A stretch of 64,000 nt of DNA from Malacoraja senta (lineage: Eukaryota), in assembly GCA_038087875.1 (NCBI GenBank), contig CM075995.1:994001-1058000 (forward strand), written 5' to 3'. Position 1 is the stretch's first letter. Each line of letters begins with the position of its first letter. A program made the translations under genes and the position numbers. Positions 35,900-47,384 of this stretch are shown here, piece after piece. The notes beneath the pieces were generated by a model, which had not been told where the DNA came from, did no database searches, and saw only the letters and a program-made list of their open reading frames with translations.

Positions 35900-36590
35900 T
35901 CATAGAGGGTGGTGTGCGTGTGGAATGAGCTATCAGTGGAAGTATTTGAAATAGATATAATAATAACATTTAAAGGACATTTGGAAAGGTACATGGATAG
36001 GAAAGGTTTAGAGGGATGTGGGTCAAATGCAAACAAATGGGACGAGCAAGAAATTGCAGCTACTGTAATTGTGGACGCAGCCCAGATCATCACACAAACC
36101 AACCTCCCTTCTATTGATTCCATTTATACCTCGCGCTGCCTCAGCAAGGCCAGCAGCATTATCAAGGACCAGTTGCACCCTGGCCACTCCCTCTTCTCCC
36201 CTCTCCCATCGGCCAAAAGGTATCGAAGTGTGAAAACGCACACCTCCAGAATTGGAGACAGTTTCTTCCCAGCTGTTATCAGGCAACTGAATCATCCTAC
36301 CACAACCAGAGAGCAGTGCTGAACTATTATCTACCTCTTCGATGAACCTCGGACTATCCTTGATCAGACTTGCTGGCTTTATCTTGCACTAAATGTTATT
36401 TCCTTATCATGTATCTATACACTGTAAATAGATTGATTGTAATCACGTATTGTCTTTCTGCTGACTGGTTAGCACATACCAAAAAGCTATTCACTGTACC
36501 TTGGTACATGTAACAATAAACTAAACTAAACTGAACTAGATGGGCATTTTGGCTGGCATGGATGAGATGGGCCAAAGGGCCTGTGACTCA
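35900..36590 (+). mobile_element. CR1 3' fragment interrupted by a Rex1-like 3' fragment (about 36045-36535)
   Basis: VCVWNELSVEV (CR1) fused to IYTSRCLSKASSIIKD...HPGHSLFSPLPS (Rex1-like); CR1 tail resumes at about 36536. Confidence 0.75.
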
Positions 36591-36951
36591 ATGATCTTCT
36601 ATGAATTTTTCAATCACATAATCAATGTGTTTGTTGAAAATTTCTTGCTAATAAATAATTGTGCCGCTTTGAGACAGAGGGCAGCAATCCTCCATGAATG
36701 GTGACGGCGAAATTAAATACAAAGGGGGTGCAAATTGATCCCAGGATGTAATCGGCTAACATGAGCTAAAACAAATTTACAACCATCTGACTTTCTTTCC
36801 ATTGACTAGAAAAGTAGTTTGGGCAGTAAATGTGCAACATGTTTTTGAATGTTCCTCTATTGTTGAATGCAACACCGATGTGGTGTCAAATTCCTTGCAA
36901 ATGTAAGTGAAATTGGCCATAAATATATTGGATATTCAGAGGTGCTGCCTG

Positions 36952-38002
36952 TAGCAATGTTACAAAATTTTGAGATTTTAAAAATCAAGTCTGCAATTTA
37001 TCCCATCAGATAAAGCATAAAAAGAAGTTTAATTTGACACCTAATTCACCTTCATATCTTCAGTATTAAAAAAGTTATGGCCATTTTCATACTCGGAAAT
37101 TAGCATCTTGTTCCCTATTGCTTTTCCATCGACTTGACACAAAAGCTGTGATCAAGGACCGTCAAAAGCCCATAACTTTCTTAAAAATTAAGAGAACTTA
37201 ATGAAATTTTCAGTTATTATAGATTGAAGCATTCTGAAACAAATATGAAACAAACTTATGAAAATATGAAACATAACCTGAAATTAAAGCATATAATTAG
37301 TTATACCCAATTGTAGCTAATTACAAAATTCAATTACTAGATCTAAATATCTATCCATTTCTTAAGAAAAGGTTAACGTATTTAAAAAGCCTAAGTGCCC
37401 AAATAACATTCACACAAGAATTCACAATACAACATTATGTTTAAATTTCATTGTTATTAATTTATAGGCCAAATGGAAGGAATTTAGTGTTTAATTCCCG
37501 TAAATTAATGGCCATTTTAATCATCTTGCGAGTGGGATTTTGTGGAACGCGCTGGTTTGGAATGTTGCGGTTGCAGTGAATTAAACCCCAATATCGGCAG
37601 GAAAAATACTGCCGGTTGGTATATTTACATAGTCACATTTTCGCAACTTGAAATTTTTATTAAAGGCATCCTAAGAAGCTAGTTTATATGAAAAAATAAA
37701 CGGCATACCTTGCCTTGTCCCGTTCGTTAAATCCGTCCCGTTGTCGGCGTTGACGGCATTTGAAGATGATTTTAATTTTACTCCAACAATTTAATTATCC
37801 AGCGCTAATTTTAATAATCTTAATAAAACGGCAGTCGAAGCGATTTTTCTTTAGCAGCTAATTTACCTGACAGACATCGATTTAAATAGCCTGCCGAAAA
37901 ATCGCATTTTAAACCCGCCCCCCTCTCAAAGGCGCCAAAGTCGCGCACACGGGCAGTGACAGAACTGCAGCGCCGCTGAAGGTAAGTTTTGTAACATACC
38001 TA
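36952..38002. mobile_element. Non-autonomous DNA transposon (about 1.05 kb) with short TIRs and a CTGCCTG duplication
   Basis: Left end TAGCAATGTTACAAAA; right end reverse complement TAGGTATGTTACAAAA. CTGCCTG at 36945-36951 and 38003-38009. No ORF. Confidence 0.8.
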
Positions 38003-38258
38003 CTGCCTGTCCCATTGGTACTCCAGCAATTTTGTGTGTATTTTTGGATAATCCTTTGTTGAGATCCATGTAGAATCCCACGCTAAAGTAGGTCCTCAAA
38101 CGGTTGCTTGAAAGGAGCATCAAACTTTCAAGGAACACTTCCCTTGGCAACTAAACGATTGCATGAAAGATCGTCAGAGAGGTGAGGAAAACCAAGGGGA
38201 AAGGGACACAATGATCTTCCTTGTGTGTCACATTATAGTGTACTGACCAAGTCGCACA

Positions 38259-38566
38259 TTTAGTTTAGTTTAGAGATACAATGCAGAAACAGGCTTTCGG
38301 TCCACTGAGTCCGCGCCGACCAACGATCCCAGCACAATCCTACACACACTAGGGACAATTTACACAAACACCAAGCCAATAAACCTACATACCTGTACGT
38401 CTTTGGAGTGTGGGAGGAAACCGAAGAACTCTGAGAGAACTCTGGTCATGGGGAGAACGTACAAACTCCGCACAGACAGCACCCGTAGTCGGGATCGAAC
38501 CCGGGTCTCCGGAGCTGCAAGCGCTGTAAGGCAGCAACTCTACCACTGCCCCACCATGCCGCCCAA
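38259..38566 (-). mobile_element. HE1-type SINE
   Basis: Reverse complement of the HE1 consensus seen elsewhere, with (TTTAG)n tail on the plus strand. Confidence 0.9.
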
Positions 38567-39009
38567 GTGCCGCACATGTAAGTGGCTCGATGGCACTGTG
38601 AGATCTCACGGTGATTGAAATAAATCAACAATAAAGACTTATGGCTGACCTTCCTGCTGTGTCTTTCAGTGAATTGGGAAAAGAGTAGTTGCAGCATACA
38701 GCCCAGACATGAATAGTATGAGTAGCCAGTAATCAATGAAAGGACAAGTGTGAGCACTGAGACTGGCAGATGCTGTGTGCCAGACAACAATGTCACAACG
38801 CCAACCCTTTAATTGACATTTTCTATGTGTACAAACAAAGGCCTTAAATTACACCAAAAAAATCCAAATGACACCAGTAATCAAAACCATATGGGGTGAC
38901 TTGTGATGTCATGTGTGTGACTGACGCCAAGAAAATGTGAGCTGTGCAGTCGTGATATATACACAGAAATGTGTTGAAACCATTTCTTGATTCGCACAAT
39001 TTCATGAAG

Positions 39010-39315
39010 TAGTGGATTTGTTGCCTTACGGCACTTGCAGTGCCAGAGACCCGGGTTCGACCCCGACTGCAGGTGCTGTCTGTATGGAGTTTGTACGCTC
39101 TCCCCGAGACTGCTTGGGTTTTCTCCGAGATCTTCGGTTTCCTCCCACACTCCAAAGACTTACAGGTTTGTCGGCTAATTGGCTTGGTGTATGCGTACAT
39201 TGTTCCTAGTGTGTGTGTAGGATGGTGTTAACATGCAGGGATTGCTGATTGGTGCGGACTCAGTGGGTTAAAAGGGCCTGTTTCCACGCTCTATCTCTAA
39301 ACTAAACTAAACTAA
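39010..39315 (+). mobile_element. HE1-type SINE
   Basis: B box GGTTCGACCCC, conserved core and (CTAAA)n tail. Confidence 0.88.
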
Positions 39316-39334
39316 TATGCAAGGGCAGTTTGAG

Positions 39335-40925
39335 ATTAATAAGGAAGTGGTGTCGAGGCTCTTGAAGAGCATTAAGGTGAATTAATCGCCAGGACCTAAC
39401 GGAATTTATGCCAGGTTACTAAGAGAGGCAAGAGATGAGATTGCAGGAACCTTGACAAAGATCTTTGTGTCTTCTCTTGCCAGAGGCGAGGTTCCAGACG
39501 ACTGGAGAGTAGATGATGTTGTTATTTTGCTTAGGAAAGATAAAGAGAATTATAGGCAGGTGAGCCTCCGTCAGTGATAGTGACGTTTTGGGGTTGATTC
39601 TTCAGGATAGGATTTACTTCCATTTGGAAGAGAATGGGTTGATTAGAGACAGTCAGCATGGCTTTATAACATGGCAAGTTGTGTCTTACTAACTTGATTG
39701 AGTTTTTTGAGGAGGCGATGAAGATGATCGATGAGGATAGGGTGGTGGATGTTTTCTACATAGACTTTATTCAAGCATTTGATAAAGTCCCCAATGGTAG
39801 GCTGATCCAGAAGATTAAGATGCTTGGGATTAACAGTGATTAACATATGGATTCAGAACTATATTAGTGATAGAAGACATAAGCTTGTGGTGGAAGGATA
39901 ATGTTCAGGTTGGAGGTCTGTGACCAGTGGAGTTCCACATAGTTCTTTGGTGGAATCTCTGTCATTTGTGATATATATATATATATATATAAATGACTTG
40001 GACATAAATGTAGACGGGTTGGTTAGTACGTTTTCAGATGATGCCAAAATTGCTGGAATTATGGACTGTGGGGAAGGCTGTCGAAGTACACAGCTGGATA
40101 TTGATCAGCAGCAGAAATGGCGAAGATATGGCAAATGGAGTTTAATCCGAGCAAGTGTGAGGTGCTTGCACTTTGGGAGGTTAAACCTAAGGGGAGAATG
40201 TACAATAAAAAAAGTGCATGACACTTAACAGCATTGATGCACAGAGGGATATTGGGGACCAAGTCCATAACTCTCTGAAAGTGGCACACGAGTAGATAGA
40301 GTGGTAAAGACGGCATACCGTATGCTTGACTTCATAGGTCGGGAACATTGAGTATAAGAATCTGGAAGCCATGATGCAGATTTGTCGGACTTTAATTAGG
40401 CCACATTTGGAGTATTGCATGCAGTTCTGGTCGTCCCACTATAGGAAGGATGTGGACACGTTGGAAAGAGGTTTACCAGAATAATACCTGGGATTGGGAA
40501 GCTACAGGGAGAGGGTGGATGGATTTGGATTGTTTTCAGTGGAATGCAGAGGTTGCAGGCAGCCCTGATAGTAGTTTGTTAAATTATAAGAAGCACAGTT
40601 AGAATAGAAAGAACACTTTGTCCCAGTGTGGAAATGTCAAAGATTGGAGGAAAGAGCTTTAAGATGAAAGGGGTAAAGTTTAAAGGAAATATGCAGGGCA
40701 ACTTTTTTTTTACACAGATGGTGGTGAGTGCCTGGAATGTGTTGGTGGGGTTGGTGGTGAAGGCAGATACGATAGTGGCATTAAAGAAACTTGTGGATAG
40801 GCACATGGATTTGCAGGGAATAGAGGGATAGGGAATATGTGCAAGCAAACTTGGCATCATGTTCGGCACAGACATTGTGGGCCAAAAGACCTGTTCTTGT
40901 GCGGCATTGTTCTATGTTCTATAAG
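39335..40925 (+). mobile_element. Decayed CR1 LINE (RT to 3' end)
   Basis: SCLTNLIEFF, VTSGVP, YINDLD...FSDD and FFTQMVVSAWN remnants with many frameshifts. Confidence 0.85.
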
Positions 40926-40938
40926 CTTTATAGCTTTA

Positions 40939-41271
40939 GGGCAGTCATGGTGGCGCAGCGGTAGAGTTGCTGCCTTACAGCGAATGCAGCGCCGGAGACC
41001 CGGGTTCAATCCGGGTTCACATATTGGTGCTGTCTGTACGGAGTTTGTACGTTCTCCCTGTGATCTGCGTGGTTTTCTCTGAGATCTTTGGTCTCCTCCC
41101 ACACTCCAAAGACGTACAGGTTTGTAGGTTAATTGGCTTGGTAAATGTAAAAATTGTCCCTAGTGGGTGTAGGATAGTGTTAATGTGCGGGGGATCACTG
41201 GTCAGCGCGGACCCGGTGGGTCGAAGGGCCTGTTTCCGCTCTGTATCTCCAAACAAAACTAAACTAAACTA
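40939..41271 (+). mobile_element. HE1-type SINE ending about 15 nt from the LRIT3 exon donor
   Basis: Full head-to-tail copy; tail AAACT repeats end at about 41271 and the donor GT is at 41286-41285. Confidence 0.9.
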
Positions 41272-41286
41272 AGCTGAATGTATTAC

Positions 41287-41592
41287 CTGTATTGTTGACT
41301 GGTAGGCCGTCCACTCTGAACCAGATCAGTCCCGGGGTGGGGAATCCAGTTGAATCACAGCGGAGTAAGACATTGCTTCCAAGTGGCGAAGTCAGTTTGG
41401 TCGCTGAAGTCATGACCGATGGTTTGAGGCACCGCTCAAGCTCAACCCTCAGCAATAAAACACCTGCGACATCATCAGGCCCATTGCACGTGACCAACGG
41501 GTCCATGAGAACGACTGATGGTTCCTCCCACTTTGAAAGTTCAATTAACTTTGATATCCTGCAGTCACAGAACCATGGATTGTCTTGGAAAC
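41287..41592 (-). CDS. LRIT3: LRIT3 penultimate coding exon (LRRCT and start of Ig domain), 306 bp, phase 1-1
   Basis: Acceptor ttcttttcttttAG, then (G)FQDNPWFCDCRISKLIELSKWEEPSVVLMDPLVTCNGP...CLKPSVMTSATKLTSPLGSNVLLRCDSTGFPTP...PVNNT, then a GTAATA donor. Splices in frame to 34394. Confidence 0.96.
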
Positions 41593-43184
41593 CTAAAAGA
41601 AAAGAATGCGTTTTAGGCCATTATTATTTTTAAAGTATGAACATACGGGTTTGCTCTAATGTGAATAATATCCTCATCTCGTAACACTTTTCCAAAAAAC
41701 CTCACTCAAAGCAAAACCTGTAACTTAATGTAAATATCCTGTAGTAAGCATGAACGATTTTATATCGAAGTCACGTGAGTGACCACGTGAAGAGCCCGCC
41801 AGCCCGCATGCGCGTCAATATGTCGACGCATGGCGCGACGTTTGGTTGGGGATGAACGTCGGTCTCCCCAGTGGTAACGTTTAAAAGCCAAACAGGTGAG
41901 TACAAATGTGAATTAATTCCAACATTGACCTAGGTTGTTGTTATGGAGAAACCTAGGGTGAAAGGGAAACGGGCTGCTGAGAAACCAGCGGCAGAGGACC
42001 GCGGCAGTGGAAAAAGTCGACGTCCGTCCATTTCCACTTCGGAGTCGCTGGCAGCTGCGATCTGCACAGCAAGTTCCGATTCAGCTCCAAGAGGGAGCAG
42101 CTTGGCAACCCCGAGTCGGGGCAAAGCCAAAGCTAAGTCAGTAAGACAGGTCCAATCGGACAATTCTGGACAGGAGGACTCTGTCCCAACATCTATGGAA
42201 GATGTTGTTTGCTGTCTATCTAAACTGGAGCGGCTAATGGAAGAAATGGTGGCACAAAATATGCTCCGTGCAACGGAGGCATTAACAGGCAGCTCCAGCC
42301 AAATGTCTGTGGCAACACCTGGCTCAGGGTTGCAGTATGATAAGGGGAGTATTGGAGAATTTTACAGAGCTGACTCCGATTATGGGGATGATAACAGAAT
42401 ATCTGAATCCCATGATTTAATGCATGATATGCGGCAGACGCATCATAAGGAAGAGCTACCTGCTCTTGCCTCAAAATTTGCCGTTCCCTTGGGGACAGGT
42501 AAGCCACTACAGGAGGAACTGGCCAGCAGCATCAGCTATTTAACATCGCATCAACTGAAGGAAGAAGTTATGCTGGAGGCAGCTGGGAAATATCCCAGCC
42601 CAGAAAACTGCAAGACCTTGGATGTCCCGAAAGTCAATATTACATTTGGGAAAACCTCGTGGGCAGAACAAGGTCCAAAGAGCTGAAATTACAGCGAATC
42701 CTGAGACTATTGTGAGGAGTTATTATGACCTTTGCTAGGTCAGTGGATGGGTCTCAGCTGTCGGAAGCACAGCAGGATGCGATGGCACTGTTGTGCATTA
42801 CTCATTTTGAGATAAACTGCTTCCATAAAGATGGCATTAGGCCAGAATTAAACCCTAAATTTGCACACTTATGCAGGGCCAGTAATGTTCAGCCTGCTAA
42901 ATATCTCTTCGGAGAAGATTTGTGTAAGCAAGTCAAAGACTTCCAGGATGAATTGAAGGCTGCTGCTGGTATGGTTAAAACACCCTATATGGGTAAGACT
43001 CCTCTACTCCAGCGATATCACCCCTATGTGACAACCAGCAGGAATCGGTTCTCTGAGGCTGTTGGGAATTCCAGGTCTGCTCAATTTAGACCGAGCCAGA
43101 GGTCTTTTTTAGGCCCAGGCCCATCTCGTCCGTCTTGGAAGATGCGTCAGCCTCAGTTCCCAGCGGGTCAAGATATCAGAGCAA

Positions 43185-44289
43185 ATGTGGCAATTTAAGG
43201 TTTTACCTAATGGTTTGAGCTCAGCCCCTTGGCTATTTACCAAACTTCTTAAACCAGTGCTTGCCCTAACAGCTGAAGGGCATATTATTATTGGGTATAT
43301 AGATGACATTCTGATAGTCGGGAAGACGTTACGTCTCGCAAAGCTAGCTGTTTCAGCTGCCAAACCTATCTTTGAGAAATTGGGATTTCTCAACCATCCA
43401 GCTAAATCCAGGCTGATACCGACAAGATATATTTCTTATTTAGGGTTTGTCATCAATTCTCCAGGTTGCAAGGGTAATTGGCAAGATAGTAGCTGCCTTC
43501 CCAGCCACATGTTATGGGCCTATGCATTATCGAAATCTGGAGCGTGAAAAGGATCAGGCACTAAGACTCCACAAAGGTCATTTTGACAGACCTATGCAGT
43601 TGTTGTCAGAGTCAAAAGCTGAATTACAATGGTGGATTGCAAATATTCATCATTGTTCAGGCGGCTTTCTACCTAGTAAACCCACAACAACACTGCAGAG
43701 TGATGCTAGTGAACTAGGATGGGGTGCTACTAACACCATCTCTAGTTGTGGTGGTAGATGGAACAAGGAGGAGTTACGCCTTGGTCAAAAATATGGCATC
43801 AATTATTTGGAAATGTTGGCAGCATTTCATGCCTTGAAAGCATATTGTGGAAAGGTACATGGTGTGCATTTTAGACTACAATTGGATAACTCGACAGCGG
43901 TGGCATATGTAAATCACATGGGTGGATGTAGATCACTATCCTGTGATGCTCTGGCAAAAGTTATTTGGGCTTGGTGCCTAGATAGAAGCATTTGGATTTC
44001 AGCTGTTCATTTGCTGGGCAGATTTAATATGGTAGCAGATGCTAGATCACGGATGTTCAATGATCGAACTGAATGGATGTTGAATCAGGCAGTATTCAAC
44101 AAGATAATAGCTCGTTATGGAACACCAGACATTGATTTGTTCGTTTCCAGACTTAATAATCAATTGCCACGATATATAGCCTGGCAACCAGACCCAGGGG
44201 CAGAAGCGGTAGATGCATTTTCTATAGACTGGGTGGGAATGTTATTCTATGCCTTCCCTCCATTCTGCCTTATTGGAAGATGCTTGTAG
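43185..44289 (+). pseudogene. DIRS RT - RNase H - DNA adenine-methyltransferase-like region with internal deletions
   Basis: WQFKVLPNGLSSAP and GYIDDIL (RT); LQSDASELGWG, INYLEM and LDNSTAVAYVN (RH); DIDLFVSRLN...DAFSIDW...YAFPPF (MT-like). Confidence 0.88.
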
Positions 44290-44729
44290 AAAATAATGCA
44301 AGACAACGCATCAGGTATTTTAATAGCTCCTAATTGGCCTATGCAACCATGGTTTCCATTATTAAAGGAACCGCCCATGGTTGTTCACAGGCATAAGCAT
44401 ATGTTAATTCAGCCTGTCACTTTGCATGATCGCATTGACTTATTAATTTGCAGAATTTAAGAAGGCCTTTCGTGGGCCTAGGACTATCCAACTGGACGGT
44501 TGACGTAATAACTGCAGCTTGGCAAGATGGCACAAGGAAGCAGTACTGCTCATACATCAAACAATGGGAGCAGTTTTGTGAGAAGGCACATAAATTACCT
44601 TATGGCGGGTATAGCCGATGTGTTGGAGTTTCTTTCAACTTTATATTTTGAAAAATAGTTAAGTTACAGTGCTATTAACTACTCATAGTGCCTTATCATC
44701 ATATTTAGTGCTCGGGTCTGGACCAAACT

Positions 44730-45425
44730 GTGGGCACTCACCCATTGGTATCTAAATTCATGAAAGGTGTTTTTAACAGAAACCCTCCAAGGCCTAGATA
44801 TCATGAGGTATGGGATGTTAAGATAGTGTTAAGGCTGCTTCGCAATTTGGCACCAGCCGCATCGTTATCTTTGGCCCAGCTCACTCACAAATTGGTCATG
44901 CTTATGGCTCTCGTCTCAGCACAACGAGTTCAGACTTTGCAGAAACTGCGACTGGATAACGCGGTTATATCTGACAAAAAAGTGATCTTTTATATAGGTG
45001 AATTAATAAAGCAGAGCAGGTCAGGTGCGTTGGGATACAAATTGGAGCTGTTGGCGTACCCACCAGATCGAAGATTGTGTGTGATTACCTATGTTAAGAA
45101 ATACATCGAGGTTACAAAAAACCTTCGAGGTAGTGAACAGGCTGTCTTCATAAGTTATAAAAAGCCACACAAAAGGGTAACGGTGCAAACCATTTCTAGG
45201 TGGATAAAATGTGTGTTAGCAGATGCAGGAGTGGATACTGATATTTTCAAATCTCACTCTACCAGGGCTGCAGCTACCTCGGCAGCAAATAAAATGGAGG
45301 TTCCGCTGGATCACATTCTTGCGACAGCAGGATGGGCCGATGAGCGCACTTTTCAGAAGTTTTACAATAAACCAATTAACAGGACTGGTTTATTTGCTCA
45401 TAGAATTTTACGTTGTGTTGATTAG
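44730..45425 (+). CDS. DIRS tyrosine recombinase catalytic domain (open for 231 aa; N-terminal part frameshifted)
   Basis: SAQR, HSTR, AGW and FQKFY supply the R-HxxR-W-Y catalytic residues. Confidence 0.85.
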   Translation: MGTHPLVSKFMKGVFNRNPPRPRYHEVWDVKIVLRLLRNLAPAASLSLAQLTHKLVMLMALVSAQRVQTLQKLRLDNAVISDKKVIFYIGELIKQSRSGALGYKLELLAYPPDRRLCVITYVKKYIEVTKNLRGSEQAVFISYKKPHKRVTVQTISRWIKCVLADAGVDTDIFKSHSTRAAATSAANKMEVPLDHILATAGWADERTFQKFYNKPINRTGLFAHRILRCVD

Positions 45426-45863
45426 ACAACTATTTATCCCTGATGTAGAGGGATTGTTTCTATTACAGCATGTACATGTTTGCGAACTAACATCATGTTT
45501 CCATGAAGTATGTTTCTTTCGTTCCACATATAGACTGGCTCACTGCATGAAACCACAGAGCTTTGAAAGCGTCACGTAGTCACTCACGTGACTTTGATAT
45601 AAAATAGAAAGATTAAACGAAAACTTACCGTTTGAAGTTTGATCTTTATTTTATGAGAAGTTGAAGTGAGGGATTACATGCCCTCCACTCCCAACCCTGA
45701 TTCTCATAAAGATCATCAGGTAAGTCTAAGGTCTTTAATCTTTCTATAGTTTAAGTTCTGCAACTAGTCTGTGGTTTCATACAGTTGCTCTGAAGATTGC
45801 CGCGCATGTGGGCTGGCGGGCTCTTCACGTAATCCCTCACTTCAACTTCTCATAAAATAAAGA

Positions 45864-45976
45864 CAATTTACAATTACACCAAGCCAATTAACCTACAAAC
45901 TTGTACGTCTTTGGAGTGTGGGAGGAAAACAGAGATCCCGGAGAAAACCTATGCAGGTCACAGGGAGAAAGTACAA
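45864..45976 (-). mobile_element. HE1-type SINE fragment abutting the DIRS right end
   Basis: CCAAGCCAATTAACCTACAAAC...GGAGTGTGGGAGGAAA is the reverse of the HE1 core. Confidence 0.8.
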
Positions 45977-46229
45977 GATGATGCAGTATGGTAGGTAAGG
46001 AAGACCATGTGGTTCACAAAGCTCACCCATTCAGCAGAAATGGCAATCCTGCCAATGTAATGTTGGTTTCATTCTCAGCTACATCCAAGAATTTTACCTT
46101 CAACAGTTTGGCCAAAAATCCTTTCCAAATACTGATTGCTCTCACCATGAAGAAAAGGTTCACAACTTCAGGAATGATGAATCGCAATTGAAAACTGTAT
46201 TGAAAACAGCTGACAAGTTGCTCAGTGTA

Positions 46230-46400
46230 GGAAGGAACTGCAGATGCTGGTTTCAACCGAAGATAGACACAAAAAGCGGAAGTAACTCAGCGGACAGGCA
46301 GCATCTCTGGAGAGAAGGACTGGGTGACGTTTCGAGTCGAGACCCTTCTCATGCTCAAGAAGGGTTTTGACCCAAAATGTCACCCATTCCTTTCTCCAGT
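46230..46400. repeat. Palindromic Penelope-type terminal repeat
   Basis: GGGTGACGTTTCGAGTCGAGACCCTTCT...AGAAGGGTTTTGACCCAAAATGTCACCC inverted pair. Confidence 0.75.
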
Positions 46401-47384
46401 GACAAATTCTTCACATTTTTGAATAATTGCAACAGTTTTGTGCCGGACCAGAGCAAAAGTTTGGAAGTTTATTCTAAGAGCTGGTATTTTGGATGAGACT
46501 TTTATTTAACCACAGCTGATGCTCATTATCACTGGTAAATTTTCCAGGTGGCTTCAGATAATTGAATGGATTGAAGAACAAGCTTGGGCACAAGGAAATA
46601 TAACTTGGCTAATACAATGACAATTGAACATAATTTACTTGTAAGTGCAAGGATAGCAAGTTTGGATTAAACCTTGAACAGGATATCCCTAGGACCAACA
46701 TGATGATAACTAAACATGTGTTTGCAGTGCAAGACATCAGCTCTATATAGGATTCCACTGAAATTCTTACAACATGGAATTACTTCAATGCAACATCCCA
46801 ATCAACCTCTCCTGAAGACAGAGTAATTAAAAACTGAATTATGTCCATACTTATAACAATGGAGAAATTAACAAATAATGTCATTTTCAACTGCATCAAT
46901 TGGCAGGACTCTGTCATAAGAGAAAAAAAATATTTTTCAGGCGTACAATTGATGCATTTAATCCACGGAAACAAAGTTGGAATAGATTGGATAACCAGGA
47001 ATGAATATTGGTAAACTACTACTCCCATTCTGAAATAACTGAAAATGCTGGAAACACTCAGCTGGTCAGGCAGCTTCTGTGGTAAGAGAAAGGGTTAACA
47101 TTTCAGGTTTACGTTTGGGTTATTCTGCTCTAGTTGGTTAATGATCTCAACGCATGTATTGTAGACGTTACAATGAGTAAAGCTTTTGCATGGCTAACCA
47201 AAGTGCCTATGAGAAATGGTTGCCAATATGTGAGTGGAGTTGATGCACCAGCAGGGAAGCATATGACTGGTAGTTTCCCAAGTGCAGATTGTAACATAGC
47301 TCACCAGAGGGGCATCTTGTGCTGATGAAGTCCTCATGAACTCCACCTGCACAACAACATCTTTCACTCTGGGAAGTATGTTTA

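Larger units (their letters stand above)
41758..45863 (+). mobile_element. DIRS1-type retrotransposon (copy C, different subfamily) in the LRIT3 intron, antisense to the gene
   Basis: Left end TTTTATATCGAAGTCACGTGAG. ICR at about 45572-45680. Right ITR at about 45798-45832; the extension is cut short by a SINE. Domain order gag, RT (YIDD), RH, MT, YR. Confidence 0.94.

Noticed and set aside
44730..45425. Phage integrase or bacterial contamination
   Set aside because: Embedded in a DIRS element with RT, RH and ICR, flanked by a vertebrate exon and a SINE.
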